DNA of 32,000 bases from Copranaerobaculum intestinale (GTDB taxonomy: Bacteria > Bacillota_I > Bacilli_A > Erysipelotrichales > Erysipelotrichaceae): NCBI RefSeq assembly GCF_009831105.1, contig NZ_WUUQ01000006.1, positions 1-32,000 of the forward strand, given 5' to 3'. Both the position numbers and the translations under genes were made by a program. Within the stretch, counting starts at the first letter, position 1. Every line of letters starts with the position of its first letter. Below the pieces are notes generated by a model. It was given only the letters and a program-made list of their open reading frames with translations, did not search any database and was not told the DNA's origin. This document shows, piece by piece, positions 1 to 7,475 of the stretch.

Positions 1-117
1 CAGTATTTAGATGATATAGCATTTAAAATCAATTCAATGCCTCGTAAAATGTTTGACTTTAAAACTCCTTATGAGGTAGAATTTCATAAATTACAATTTG
101 GTGCGGTTGAGATTTGA
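1..117 (+). mobile_element. 3' end of an IS30-family transposase gene (partial; the rest lies left of the window)
   Basis: Frame 1 from base 1 reads QYLDDIAFKINSMPRKMFDFKTPYEVEFHKLQFGAVEI-stop. The (L/I)NxxPRKxxxxKTPxEVF tail is the typical C-terminus of IS30-type DDE transposases. No inverted repeat could be assigned. Confidence 0.6.
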
Positions 118-123
118 ATAAAG

Positions 124-158
124 AAAACTCTGTATCAACAAAGTGATACAGAGTTTTT
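124..158. terminator. Bidirectional intrinsic terminator between the transposase fragment and the RHH gene
   Basis: 11-bp stem ACTCTGTATCA (127-137) / TGATACAGAGT (144-154) with a 6-nt loop, flanked by an A-run (124-126) and a T-run (155-158). Confidence 0.6.
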
Positions 159-161
159 AAG

Positions 162-365
162 TTATTTTATATCCAATTCAGGAGGTTCATCCATATGCTC
201 AGATACATAGGAACCATTTTTCTTTCGCTGTCGCACACACTCGGATAAAAGATATTCTATCTGACCGTTTACGGAGCGAAAATCGTCCTCAGCCCATGCG
301 GCAATCGCATTGTATAGCTTTGAAGAAAGCCGAAGCGGTATCTGCTTTTTCTGTGTATCGCTCAT
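162..365 (-). CDS. Arc/MetJ-type ribbon-helix-helix DNA-binding protein (67 aa)
   Basis: The ORF contains IPLRLSSKLYNAIAAWAEDDFRSVNGQIEYLL, a beta-strand/helix/helix pattern typical of Arc-like RHH proteins. It starts 12 nt after the SPFH gene stop, so it is probably co-transcribed. Confidence 0.75.
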   Translation of the reverse strand: MSDTQKKQIPLRLSSKLYNAIAAWAEDDFRSVNGQIEYLLSECVRQRKKNGSYVSEHMDEPPELDIK

Positions 366-377
366 CGTTAAGCTTCG

Positions 378-1388
378 TTAATAAAGACTTCCTGAATTTA
401 CGATTGGCTGGGCGTCATGATTTCCACAGAGGACAACGAGCAGATTGGATACCATAGCCGCTTTGCGTTCTTCATCAAGTTCCACAATATTGTTTTCATT
501 AAGACGTTCAAGTGCCATTTCAACCATACCCACAGCACCATCTACGATCATTTTACGAGCATCGATGATTGCGGATGCCTGCTGCCGCTGCAGCATAACT
601 GCCGCAATTTCAGGTGCATAGGCGAGGTAGGTAATGCGGGCTTCAATAATTTCCAGACCTGCATCCTTTACTTTTGATTGAATTTCATCACGGATTCGCG
701 ATGCGACAATCTCACTGGAACCGCGCAAACTTCCTTCATCAGCTTGACCGTCTCCGGTGGTATCCACATTCGGTGATATATCGTAAGGATAAATACGGAC
801 GATGTTTCGCAAGGCACTGTCACATTGCAAAGAAAGATATTCTTTATAGTTATCAACCTCAAAGACTGCTTTAGCAGTATCAGTAACTCGCCACATCACT
901 GCGATACCGATTTCTACCGGATTTCCCAAGCAATCATTGATTTTCTGACGATTGTTGCTGAGCGTCATGATTTTCATGGATATTTTTTTGCTTACCGCTT
1001 CCGCAGCAGCGTTGTTATTGGCATTTTTTACCGCCAGCTTCGTGATTCCGCCGTCCACATCTCCACTTTGACTTAAATGTGTCTTAGCGGCTGGATTAAC
1101 AGCAGAACAGAAAGGATTGACATAATAGAATCCTTCTTCCTTCAAGGTACCCTTGTAGTTTCCAAACAGTGTTAATACAAGTGCTTCCTGTGGTTTTAAT
1201 ACCTTCAATCCAAGTAGGAAAAACCATCCGATACAAAGCCAGATGATTGCAATAACAGATACGGCCGGAAGTTCTTCCAGACATACGACCAAAGCAATCA
1301 CAGCCACAATGTAAGAAATCAAAACTAAAAATAAAACCAGCATTCCATTCTTTTTGTTACGCAATACTTTCTCTTCCATCATATTCAC
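378..1388 (-). CDS. SPFH/Band-7 (stomatin/prohibitin-like) membrane protein (336 aa)
   Basis: Two N-terminal hydrophobic helices ([36 protein letters not shown]) are followed by a Band-7-like core ([21 protein letters not shown] ... [22 protein letters not shown]). An AAGGAG RBS (complement of 1393-1398) lies just upstream. Confidence 0.88.
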   Translation of the reverse strand: MNMMEEKVLRNKKNGMLVLFLVLISYIVAVIALVVCLEELPAVSVIAIIWLCIGWFFLLGLKVLKPQEALVLTLFGNYKGTLKEEGFYYVNPFCSAVNPAAKTHLSQSGDVDGGITKLAVKNANNNAAAEAVSKKISMKIMTLSNNRQKINDCLGNPVEIGIAVMWRVTDTAKAVFEVDNYKEYLSLQCDSALRNIVRIYPYDISPNVDTTGDGQADEGSLRGSSEIVASRIRDEIQSKVKDAGLEIIEARITYLAYAPEIAAVMLQRQQASAIIDARKMIVDGAVGMVEMALERLNENNIVELDEERKAAMVSNLLVVLCGNHDAQPIVNSGSLY

Positions 1389-1404
1389 TCCTTTTATATC
1401 TATT

Positions 1405-1462
1405 TGATATCATAAAGATATCACCTTATATATGCTTTGTCAAATATTTTCGATCTGATATC
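1405..1462. promoter_or_regulatory. Three GATATC-centred boxes in the divergent SPFH / zinc-ribbon promoter region (candidate RHH operator)
   Basis: Boxes are TGATATCA (1405-1412, palindromic), GATATCA (1417-1423) and TGATATC (1456-1462). On the minus strand a TTGACA (complement of 1438-1443) lies 17 nt before TATCTT (complement of 1415-1420), which overlaps the second box. Confidence 0.3.
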
Positions 1463-1519
1463 TCAATAAAAAAGAGTATTTGATTTCTTAGCGATTATCA
1501 TGATTTATGACATCATTTA

Positions 1520-1528
1520 TGCTATAAT
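1520..1528 (+). promoter_or_regulatory. Extended -10 promoter element (TGcTATAAT) for the 1555 gene
   Basis: TGCTATAAT lies about 27 nt upstream of the ATG at 1555. No good -35 is present, which is tolerated with an extended -10. Confidence 0.45.
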
Positions 1529-1554
1529 AACTCATATTATGAAATGGAGATGTT

Positions 1555-1953
1555 ATGATGAAAGCTTGGCTGCAGCGTTTTATGTATGGCAGATACGGTG
1601 CTGATCAACTGAATATGGCATTGATGATCCTATTTCTGGTAATTGCGCTGACAACACCGTTTTTGAAAAACAACATACCTTTGATTTTGAATTTGGTGCT
1701 TATTGTACTGATTTACTTCCGGATGTTTTCACGCAATATCAGTAAGCGATATGCAGAAAATCAGAAATTCTTAAAGCTTTGGAATCCGATCCGTAATAAA
1801 TTTCACTTTACGATAAAGCATACAAAAGAGCGCAAGGACTACCGTTTTTATAAATGTCCAAGCTGCAAACAAAAAGTTAGAGTACCCAAAGGGCGCGGAG
1901 AAATTACAATCACCTGTCCAAAATGTCATACGAAATTTGATAAGAGAACATAA
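1555..1953 (+). CDS. Small membrane protein with a C-terminal zinc-ribbon (132 aa)
   Basis: Two hydrophobic segments (LNMALMILFLVIALTTPF, PLILNLVLIVLIYF) are followed by CPSC-x16-CPKC (YKCPSCKQKVRVPKGRGEITITCPKCH). A GGAG RBS lies at 1546-1549. Confidence 0.7.
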   Translation: MMKAWLQRFMYGRYGADQLNMALMILFLVIALTTPFLKNNIPLILNLVLIVLIYFRMFSRNISKRYAENQKFLKLWNPIRNKFHFTIKHTKERKDYRFYKCPSCKQKVRVPKGRGEITITCPKCHTKFDKRT

Positions 1954-1974
1954 AAGCCGCGATTTAAGCGGCTT
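1954..1974. terminator. Bidirectional terminator shared by the convergent 1555 gene and ldh
   Basis: Stem AAGCCGC (1954-1960) / GCGGCTT (1968-1974) with loop GATTTAA, an A-run before it and a T-run after it. The ldh stop codon (complement of 1964-1966) lies in the loop. Confidence 0.6.
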
Positions 1975-2935
1975 TTTTTAAGATCGGATCAATTGTCTGT
2001 TCAATTGCTTCTTTTAATGTTTTACAGCTTACATCAAATTTTGCCTGATCGACATCAGTCAATGGAAGTCTGATAATTTCCTCTATTCCTTTACTGCTGA
2101 TAATAGCCGGAACGCCGATATAGAGATTTTCCTGATGATATTCTCCCTGTTGATACGCAGAGACGGTTAGAATGCTATGCTCATCATGAAGAATTGCCGC
2201 CAATAATCGATTCAAGGATAGCCCGATCCCATAATAGGTAGCTTTCTTACGTGAAATAATCTCATAGGCCGCCTGCTGTACCTGAGTATAGATGTCATGT
2301 AAATCACTTAAATCCTTATGCCGCTCATCCAACAGCTCTAATAGACTCTTACAGCCGATATAGCAGTTTGTCCAAGGGACAAAGGAAGAGTCTCCATGTT
2401 CTCCCATAATATATGCATGAATATTGGCTGATGAAATATTCAAATATTCACTCATCAGATACCTTAGTCTTGCTGTATCGAGAATCGTACCAGAACCAAT
2501 TACCTTTGATGCGTCTGCTTTGCTTACAGCTTTAACGACATAGGTCATGAGATCGACTGGATTGCTGGCAACGACATAAATTCCGCTGAATCCGCTTGCC
2601 GTGATTTGTTCGGTAACTCCTTTTACAATCTTGGTATTGATCTGTGTTAATTCCAGTCTGGTCTGCCCAGGCTTCTGAGCGGCACCTGCTGTTACTACAA
2701 CAATCTGGGCATCTTTGCAGTCAGCGTATTCACCCGCCGTTATTCTCATTTTATTACGTGCATAAGGCAGGCCGTGTGACAAGTCCATTGCTTCGCCTAC
2801 TGCTTTTTCATGATCAATATCTATCAGAACCAGTTCATCAATACCGGTTTGAGATAACAATGAATAAGCCATACTCATACCTACAAATCCAGTTCCTACT
2901 AAAACAACTTTACGTTTCTGTACCATTGATTCCAT
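1964..2935 (-). CDS. ldh: L-lactate dehydrogenase
   Basis: Contains the Rossmann motif VVLVGTGFVG, the substrate Arg in GTILDTAR and the catalytic His in IMGEHGDS, at typical length. I chose the ATG at 2935 (MESMVQ...) because the GGAAAGGA RBS is 8 nt upstream. The ORF-track ATG at 2944 abuts the RBS. Confidence 0.92.
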   Translation of the reverse strand: MESMVQKRKVVLVGTGFVGMSMAYSLLSQTGIDELVLIDIDHEKAVGEAMDLSHGLPYARNKMRITAGEYADCKDAQIVVVTAGAAQKPGQTRLELTQINTKIVKGVTEQITASGFSGIYVVASNPVDLMTYVVKAVSKADASKVIGSGTILDTARLRYLMSEYLNISSANIHAYIMGEHGDSSFVPWTNCYIGCKSLLELLDERHKDLSDLHDIYTQVQQAAYEIISRKKATYYGIGLSLNRLLAAILHDEHSILTVSAYQQGEYHQENLYIGVPAIISSKGIEEIIRLPLTDVDQAKFDVSCKTLKEAIEQTIDPILKKAA

Positions 2936-2963
2936 AAGCCACATCCTTTCCTTTAGTATAGTC

Positions 2964-2972
2964 AGTATAACA
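2964..2972 (-). promoter_or_regulatory. Extended -10 (TGtTATACT) candidate promoter for ldh
   Basis: The minus strand reads TGTTATACT at complement 2964-2972, about 30 nt upstream of the ldh start. Confidence 0.4.
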
Positions 2973-3062
2973 TAAGGCTAAACATTCTCATTGCGATTTG
3001 CTTTTTGAAAAGAAATGATTATTTGACAGGTAATAGAGTAAAAATTTGTTGATGCAGTTTTG

Positions 3063-3072
3063 ATAACGTTAT
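3063..3072. promoter_or_regulatory. 10-bp perfect palindrome ATAACGTTAT upstream of the ldh promoter
   Basis: The sequence is self-complementary with a central CG. The same 10-mer recurs at 10747-10756, upstream of the BtpA/kinase operon. Confidence 0.3.
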
Positions 3073-3309
3073 ATTTAAAACATATAGAAAATGGGAAGGT
3101 ACTTGTAAAATAGAAAATATAGGCATGAATGATGGCATTGAGTATGATAATCGTTATAAACATGCAATGATAATTATTTTATGAAATGTAATCAGAATAT
3201 AGTATTGTATGATTTGTTATTATGGAAAATCTAATCATAAGAAGGGACTTTGTGTTTATCAATTGCTTAGCATTTTCAAGTATTAGGGATAAAAAAGATC
3301 AAGCTTATC

Positions 3310-3340
3310 AAAACACAGAAAAGCACCCTCGCGGGTGCAC
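3310..3340 (-). terminator. Intrinsic terminator of the htrA-like gene
   Basis: The minus-strand RNA forms GCACCC-GCGA-GGGUGC (3323-3338) followed by UUUUCUGUGUUUU, immediately after the stop at 3347. Confidence 0.7.
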
Positions 3341-3346
3341 TTTTGA

Positions 3347-4714
3347 TTAATAGCCGTTTTTTCCATTTTCACTATTCTGGGAATTTTGATCCGTAGAATC
3401 ATTCTGAGCAGCTTCTTTCAAGGTTACTTTAACACTTACTTTTTTTCCATCACGTTCGACAACAATTGTAACCTTGTCGCCGGCTTTATGAGAATGTATC
3501 ACCGAAACTGCTTCACTTGCAGAACTGATTTCTTTACCATCGATAGAGATTATTTTATCTCTTACTTTCAAGCCTGCCGCTTGTGCTGCGGATCCATCGG
3601 TTATACTGGAAATATACGTGCCGGCATCATCCACACCAGCTCTGAATGCTGACATCTCATCATCGATATCAACGAGAGAAACACCCAGTGATGGACGATT
3701 GGCAACATAGCCGTTTTTCATCAGTTCTTCAATTACTTCCTTAGCATCGTTGATAGGAATCGCAAAACCCAAACCTTCAATACCGCTGCCGCTTGTTTTA
3801 GCATTGACAATACCGATTAATTCGCCCTTGGCGTTGAATAAGCCTCCACCGGAGTTTCCGGAATTAATGGCTGCATTAGTCTGCAGCAGCTTCATGCTTT
3901 CGCCCTCGACTGTGATATCACGATCAAGTGCAGATATAATTCCGGTTGTTACAGTACCGCCTAATTCGCCTAATGGATTACCGATTGCGATTGCTGTATC
4001 TCCGACTTCCAGCTTGCCGGAATCGCCAAGGACAGCCGGAGTAAGTCCGGTTGCATCTATTTTCAGGATGGCAAGATCACTTTGTGAATCCTTCCCGATT
4101 AATTTCGCTGTATACGACTTACCGTCCCGCGTTCTGACGGTAATTTTATTAGCTCCGTTGATAACATGATTGTTTGTGACAATATATCCGTCTTTGCTGA
4201 GAATTACACCACTGCCGGCACCTTTGGTAACCGCCTGCGACAGCATACTGTTGGTCTGTAAAGATTCAGTCTGTATTTCAACGACACTGTCCATAGTTTT
4301 GGCAGCGATATCGCTAACACCATTTGTGGACGTATTAACGGTTTTGGCAGATCCAGTATCGACTCCTTGATAAAATACGGTCTTGCCGTTGCTGCCATTC
4401 ATATTCATAGCTACATAAGCACCGCCAAAACCTCCTGCACAGGACAGTATCAAAGCTCCGCTTAGAATTGCCGCTCCCTGATGCCGCTTGATGAAGCTTG
4501 GCTTCTTTAAATGCGAATTTGGAATATCATCCACAGCTTCTTCCTTGTTTTTCATTGAGGATTCCGCTTTTAAGTGTTCGCTTTCTATTGTATCTTCAGT
4601 CTTTGTTGATGTTTCCTCATGATCCATATGCAGCGCTTCCGTATCTGTTGAAGCATCTTCACCGGACTGATTCACGGTTTCCTCTACATTATTTTCTTCA
4701 TGCTCATTAAACAT
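3347..4714 (-). CDS. htrA: HtrA/DegP-family trypsin-like serine protease with a C-terminal PDZ domain (455 aa)
   Basis: An acidic N-terminus and one TM helix (AAILSGALILSCAGGFGGAYVA) precede the His motif IVTNNHVI, the Asp motif DLAILKI and the catalytic Ser motif GNSGGGLF. A PDZ-like segment (GLKVRDKIISIDGKEI) follows. An AGGAGG RBS lies 9 nt upstream. Confidence 0.9.
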   Translation of the reverse strand: MFNEHEENNVEETVNQSGEDASTDTEALHMDHEETSTKTEDTIESEHLKAESSMKNKEEAVDDIPNSHLKKPSFIKRHQGAAILSGALILSCAGGFGGAYVAMNMNGSNGKTVFYQGVDTGSAKTVNTSTNGVSDIAAKTMDSVVEIQTESLQTNSMLSQAVTKGAGSGVILSKDGYIVTNNHVINGANKITVRTRDGKSYTAKLIGKDSQSDLAILKIDATGLTPAVLGDSGKLEVGDTAIAIGNPLGELGGTVTTGIISALDRDITVEGESMKLLQTNAAINSGNSGGGLFNAKGELIGIVNAKTSGSGIEGLGFAIPINDAKEVIEELMKNGYVANRPSLGVSLVDIDDEMSAFRAGVDDAGTYISSITDGSAAQAAGLKVRDKIISIDGKEISSASEAVSVIHSHKAGDKVTIVVERDGKKVSVKVTLKEAAQNDSTDQNSQNSENGKNGY

Positions 4715-4875
4715 AAGCAGTACCTCCTTTTGTTGTCATTATTATAGCCAAAAAAATGCGCAATAAATGTTCGTTATCATGTGAAATTTTAGGATTATTT
4801 GCAGAAAACCCTCGAAATTATGTGATGATATCGGAAAAAAAACGAATCGAAACAGGATTCTACCAATATGAAAAG

Positions 4876-4884
4876 TGATATAAT
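4876..4884 (+). promoter_or_regulatory. Extended -10 (TGaTATAAT) promoter candidate for the 4912 gene
   Basis: TGATATAAT at 4876-4884 lies 28 nt before the ATG. A GAGGGG RBS is at 4901-4906. Confidence 0.45.
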
Positions 4885-4911
4885 AAAGTAAAGAAGAAAA
4901 GAGGGGTATAC

Positions 4912-5979
4912 ATGGCAGCAGTGAAAAAGACAGCTACTGTAAAACAGTTAGAGACGAAAACAGTAAAAAAAATCAGCAGCAAACCGGAAGCAAAACGGCT
5001 CACTGCCAAGGCAGCTCCAAAGAAAATAGAAGCTAAGCCGAAAGCTAAGCAGCTCACTACTACAAAAGCACCAAAGCAAATTACCGCAAATGAGCCAGCT
5101 AAAAAGATAACCAGTATCGACTCAAAGCGCCTGACTGATCGGGAACTATCAAAGCCGCCGGTAAAGAAAGACCGCTATGCGCAGCTGGATCTATCTGTAT
5201 GCATGGAGTATATAAAAAAGATGGGAATTAAGGAAAGTATTGAGGATCTGACTGACATGCTTTCCAAGCAGAATGCCGCAGCTGTGAAGGAAACACTGTT
5301 GAAGTCCTATGGTATTAAGAAAACATCCTTTACGATCAAAAAGGATGGATTCAATGTGCAAGTGATAGATGCAGTCCTAAAAAAGATAGCGGAAAAGCAT
5401 GCGGAGACTGGATCAGAATATGGTGACCTGAATGCTGAGATACAAGCTGTAAAAGCTCTTTCACTCACTGGTGACGATGAAAAGAATGCAAATCTCTATC
5501 ACCGAATGTTTGCGGTCATGGAGCAGCTGCTGATGATTGGACAAAAGGTGAATGTCCATGAATTATCGATGATTGAAAAAAATATACAAATATCTGATTT
5601 AGAGACGGTCGTCCTGCAGTTCATGCAGATTGCAAATGGAGTACTCGATAAATTTTTGTATCGTGATGTTGAATTTTATGAATCCTTCATGTATGAATTT
5701 TGTTCGCAGTATGATGATATTTACTGGATCATTGAACAGGAATTACAGATGGATATCGCCGATCTGTATATTCGGCATCAGGATTATCAGCGGGGAGATG
5801 TGAACTATGGCTATTTGCTGCGGGAGAATGGTATTCGCGATAAGGTCTACTCAAGATTTGTTCGCGTGTATGAGAATATCGATCATGATAAAGCAAAAGG
5901 ACTTGCCCATGAAGCATCTCGCTTCACAAGCGTGGATTCCCCGCATTATGCGTACATTCATAAGATTATGGCTTCGTGA
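4912..5979 (+). CDS. Hypothetical soluble protein with a Lys-rich degenerate-repeat N-terminus (355 aa)
   Basis: Long ORF with a good RBS and terminator. The first ~85 aa are basic, with six copies of an xK(R/Q/K)(L/I)T motif. The remainder is helical-looking with no family I recognise. Confidence 0.7.
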   Translation: MAAVKKTATVKQLETKTVKKISSKPEAKRLTAKAAPKKIEAKPKAKQLTTTKAPKQITANEPAKKITSIDSKRLTDRELSKPPVKKDRYAQLDLSVCMEYIKKMGIKESIEDLTDMLSKQNAAAVKETLLKSYGIKKTSFTIKKDGFNVQVIDAVLKKIAEKHAETGSEYGDLNAEIQAVKALSLTGDDEKNANLYHRMFAVMEQLLMIGQKVNVHELSMIEKNIQISDLETVVLQFMQIANGVLDKFLYRDVEFYESFMYEFCSQYDDIYWIIEQELQMDIADLYIRHQDYQRGDVNYGYLLRENGIRDKVYSRFVRVYENIDHDKAKGLAHEASRFTSVDSPHYAYIHKIMAS

Positions 5980-6000
5980 AAGTAAAAAGATATTTGATAA

Positions 6001-6030
6001 AAAGAGTGTTATGCGCTCTTTTTTATTTTT
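6001..6030 (+). terminator. Intrinsic terminator after the 4912 gene
   Basis: Stem AGAGTG (6003-6008) / CGCTCT (6014-6019, one G-U pair) followed by TTTTTTATTTTTT. Confidence 0.55.
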
Positions 6031-6042
6031 TGCATATATTGC

Positions 6043-6071
6043 TTGACGCAGATGCGTCCGTTTGTTATAAT
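6043..6071 (+). promoter_or_regulatory. Near-consensus SigA-type promoter of tRNA-Glu
   Basis: TTGACG (6043-6048), an exact 17-nt spacer, then TATAAT (6066-6071). The tRNA starts 13 nt downstream. Confidence 0.7.
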
Positions 6072-6083
6072 AATCAAGCAATT

Positions 6084-6159
6084 GGCGCGTTGGAGAAACG
6101 GTTAACTCACATGCCTTTCACGCATGCATTCACGGGTTCAAATCCCGTACGCGTCACCA
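6084..6159 (+). tRNA. tRNA-Glu: tRNA-Glu (anticodon UUC), CCA encoded
   Basis: Manual cloverleaf: acceptor GGCGCGT/ACGCGTC, D arm GAG-AAACGGTTAA-CTC, anticodon arm CATGC-CTTTCAC-GCATG, T arm ACGGG-TTCAAAT-CCCGT, discriminator A plus CCA. Total 76 nt in canonical numbering. Confidence 0.9.
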
Positions 6160-6170
6160 ATTAAATAAGC

Positions 6171-6196
6171 AAGCTCACAAAGGTGAGCTTTTTTTA
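6171..6196 (+). terminator. Intrinsic terminator after tRNA-Glu
   Basis: AAGCTCAC (6171-6178) - AAAG - GTGAGCTT (6183-6190) followed by a T-run. Confidence 0.7.
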
Positions 6197-6227
6197 TGTG
6201 CTATAATAGAAAAAAGAGGGTGAAATT

Positions 6228-6872
6228 ATGAAAATTGAAGTTGATCGTACATTTCCGAAATACTTTCAATCAGCTTATCCGGAAGAGTTTAAATTGTTTT
6301 CCCATTTGGAAACCAGCGCTGCCATTCCACAGGTATTATTTGCCATTACGACCTGGAAAGAAAATGGACAACCGAATGTTTGCTTTCATTCGTGGAGCTG
6401 TTTCCATGGTGATCGGACCGCATTTTTTGCAGTACTAGGCGGTATATATCAGAAGACTCACACCTTTACCAATATGAAGCGGGAAAAGGGTTTTGTTTTA
6501 AATTTTCTTTCCATGAAATATTATGATTCCCTGACAAAAACCATCCATCATAATCGAATGGAGGACGATGAATTTCAAGCAGGAGGATTTACTTTGAAAA
6601 ATGCTCAAACTGTACACGCTCCGTTGATTGCAGAGAGTTTTATGCATCTTGAATGCACATTAAAGAGCATTCAAGATATAAGCGAAGCGGGTATCACTGC
6701 CATGGTGATTGGTGAGATTCAGCAGGTAGCTGTCGATGAGGCCTTTGCCAAGGGTTATGAACGTTATGGAAAGGATGGTTTTATGATGATGATACCAGCA
6801 CCGCAGAATCTGGTGAGTGGTGCAGTGAATCAAACTGCATTCGCAAATCTCACTATTCAGAAATATGATTAA
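6228..6872 (+). CDS. Flavin reductase-like (FMN-binding split-barrel) domain protein (214 aa)
   Basis: Good RBS (GAGGGTG). Sequence features such as PQVLFAITTWKENGQPNV and VHAPLIAESFMHLEC resemble the flavin reductase-like domain family. This assignment is from memory of the family and is not verified. Confidence 0.6.
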   Translation: MKIEVDRTFPKYFQSAYPEEFKLFSHLETSAAIPQVLFAITTWKENGQPNVCFHSWSCFHGDRTAFFAVLGGIYQKTHTFTNMKREKGFVLNFLSMKYYDSLTKTIHHNRMEDDEFQAGGFTLKNAQTVHAPLIAESFMHLECTLKSIQDISEAGITAMVIGEIQQVAVDEAFAKGYERYGKDGFMMMIPAPQNLVSGAVNQTAFANLTIQKYD

Positions 6873-6905
6873 CGAAACAGGAGCATAAAGAGATAGAATC
6901 ATACC

Positions 6906-7355
6906 ATGATACTGCTAGTAATCAATGCCCAAAAGATATTATTAATCACAAACTGTATCGCTTTGAAGAATTTTTAATAGATATGAAACCCTTGATCCAT
7001 GCCGTTAGAGAAAATCAAATCGAGTCATCTATGTCTGTCACAATAATGAACCGGATATCCTAATAATGAATTCCGTTAAACCGAGGTTTTACATTATGTA
7101 GAACTTAGTCCATTATCAAAGAACGAATTTTTTGATAAATTTGTAAATAGTGTTTTTAAAGATACAGGACATTTTGAATAACTCAGCACAAAAAGGAACT
7201 GATCATTGCGGATATATTATTGTGTGGATGCATCAATAATATATACATTCGATCGTGGTTTTCATGTCATAGATCCATCAAGAACAAATACAATGGTCAT
7301 TAACTATTTCACGGCGGGTGAGACAAATTATCATTATTATGAAAACGTAATGTAG
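6906..7355 (+). pseudogene. Decayed isochorismatase/cysteine-hydrolase family gene (multiple frameshifts and stops)
   Basis: Family-like peptides are scattered over all three + frames: MILLVINAQK, KLYRFEEFLIDMKPLIHAVRENQIE, IYVCHNNEPD, ELSPLSKNEFFDKFVNSVFKDTGHFE, YCVDASIIYTFDRGFHVIDPS ... YHYYENVM-stop. There are at least 4-5 frame breaks, and the total is about 150 codons against about 180 expected. Confidence 0.6.
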
Positions 7356-7475
7356 AATGCTTGAATTTGTAAATAGTCGTTGATTGTATAAAAATAAAAG
7401 ATAAATCTTTATAAACAATGAATAAATAGAAACGAGTAATGTTCTCGTGAATAATAAGAAGATAGGAGAGAAATT

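Noticed and set aside
417-1284. Several 60-90-aa ORFs on both strands inside the SPFH gene (417-677 +, 668-862 -, 674-874 +, 825-1076 +, 1096-1284 -)
   Set aside because: They lie entirely within or antisense to a well-supported 336-aa gene, have no RBS, and translate to low-complexity or odd-composition peptides. These are typical shadow ORFs.
2978-3163. 61-aa minus-strand ORF in the long ldh upstream region
   Set aside because: It lies in AT-rich intergenic DNA, has no RBS, and gives a Phe/Ile/Asn-rich peptide expected from random AT-rich sequence. The region is better explained as the ldh promoter/regulatory region.
5976-6164. 62-aa + strand ORF spanning the tRNA-Glu locus (also 5807-6046 + and 5851-6081 -)
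   Set aside because: It reads through a terminator, a consensus promoter and the tRNA-Glu gene itself, so it is spurious.
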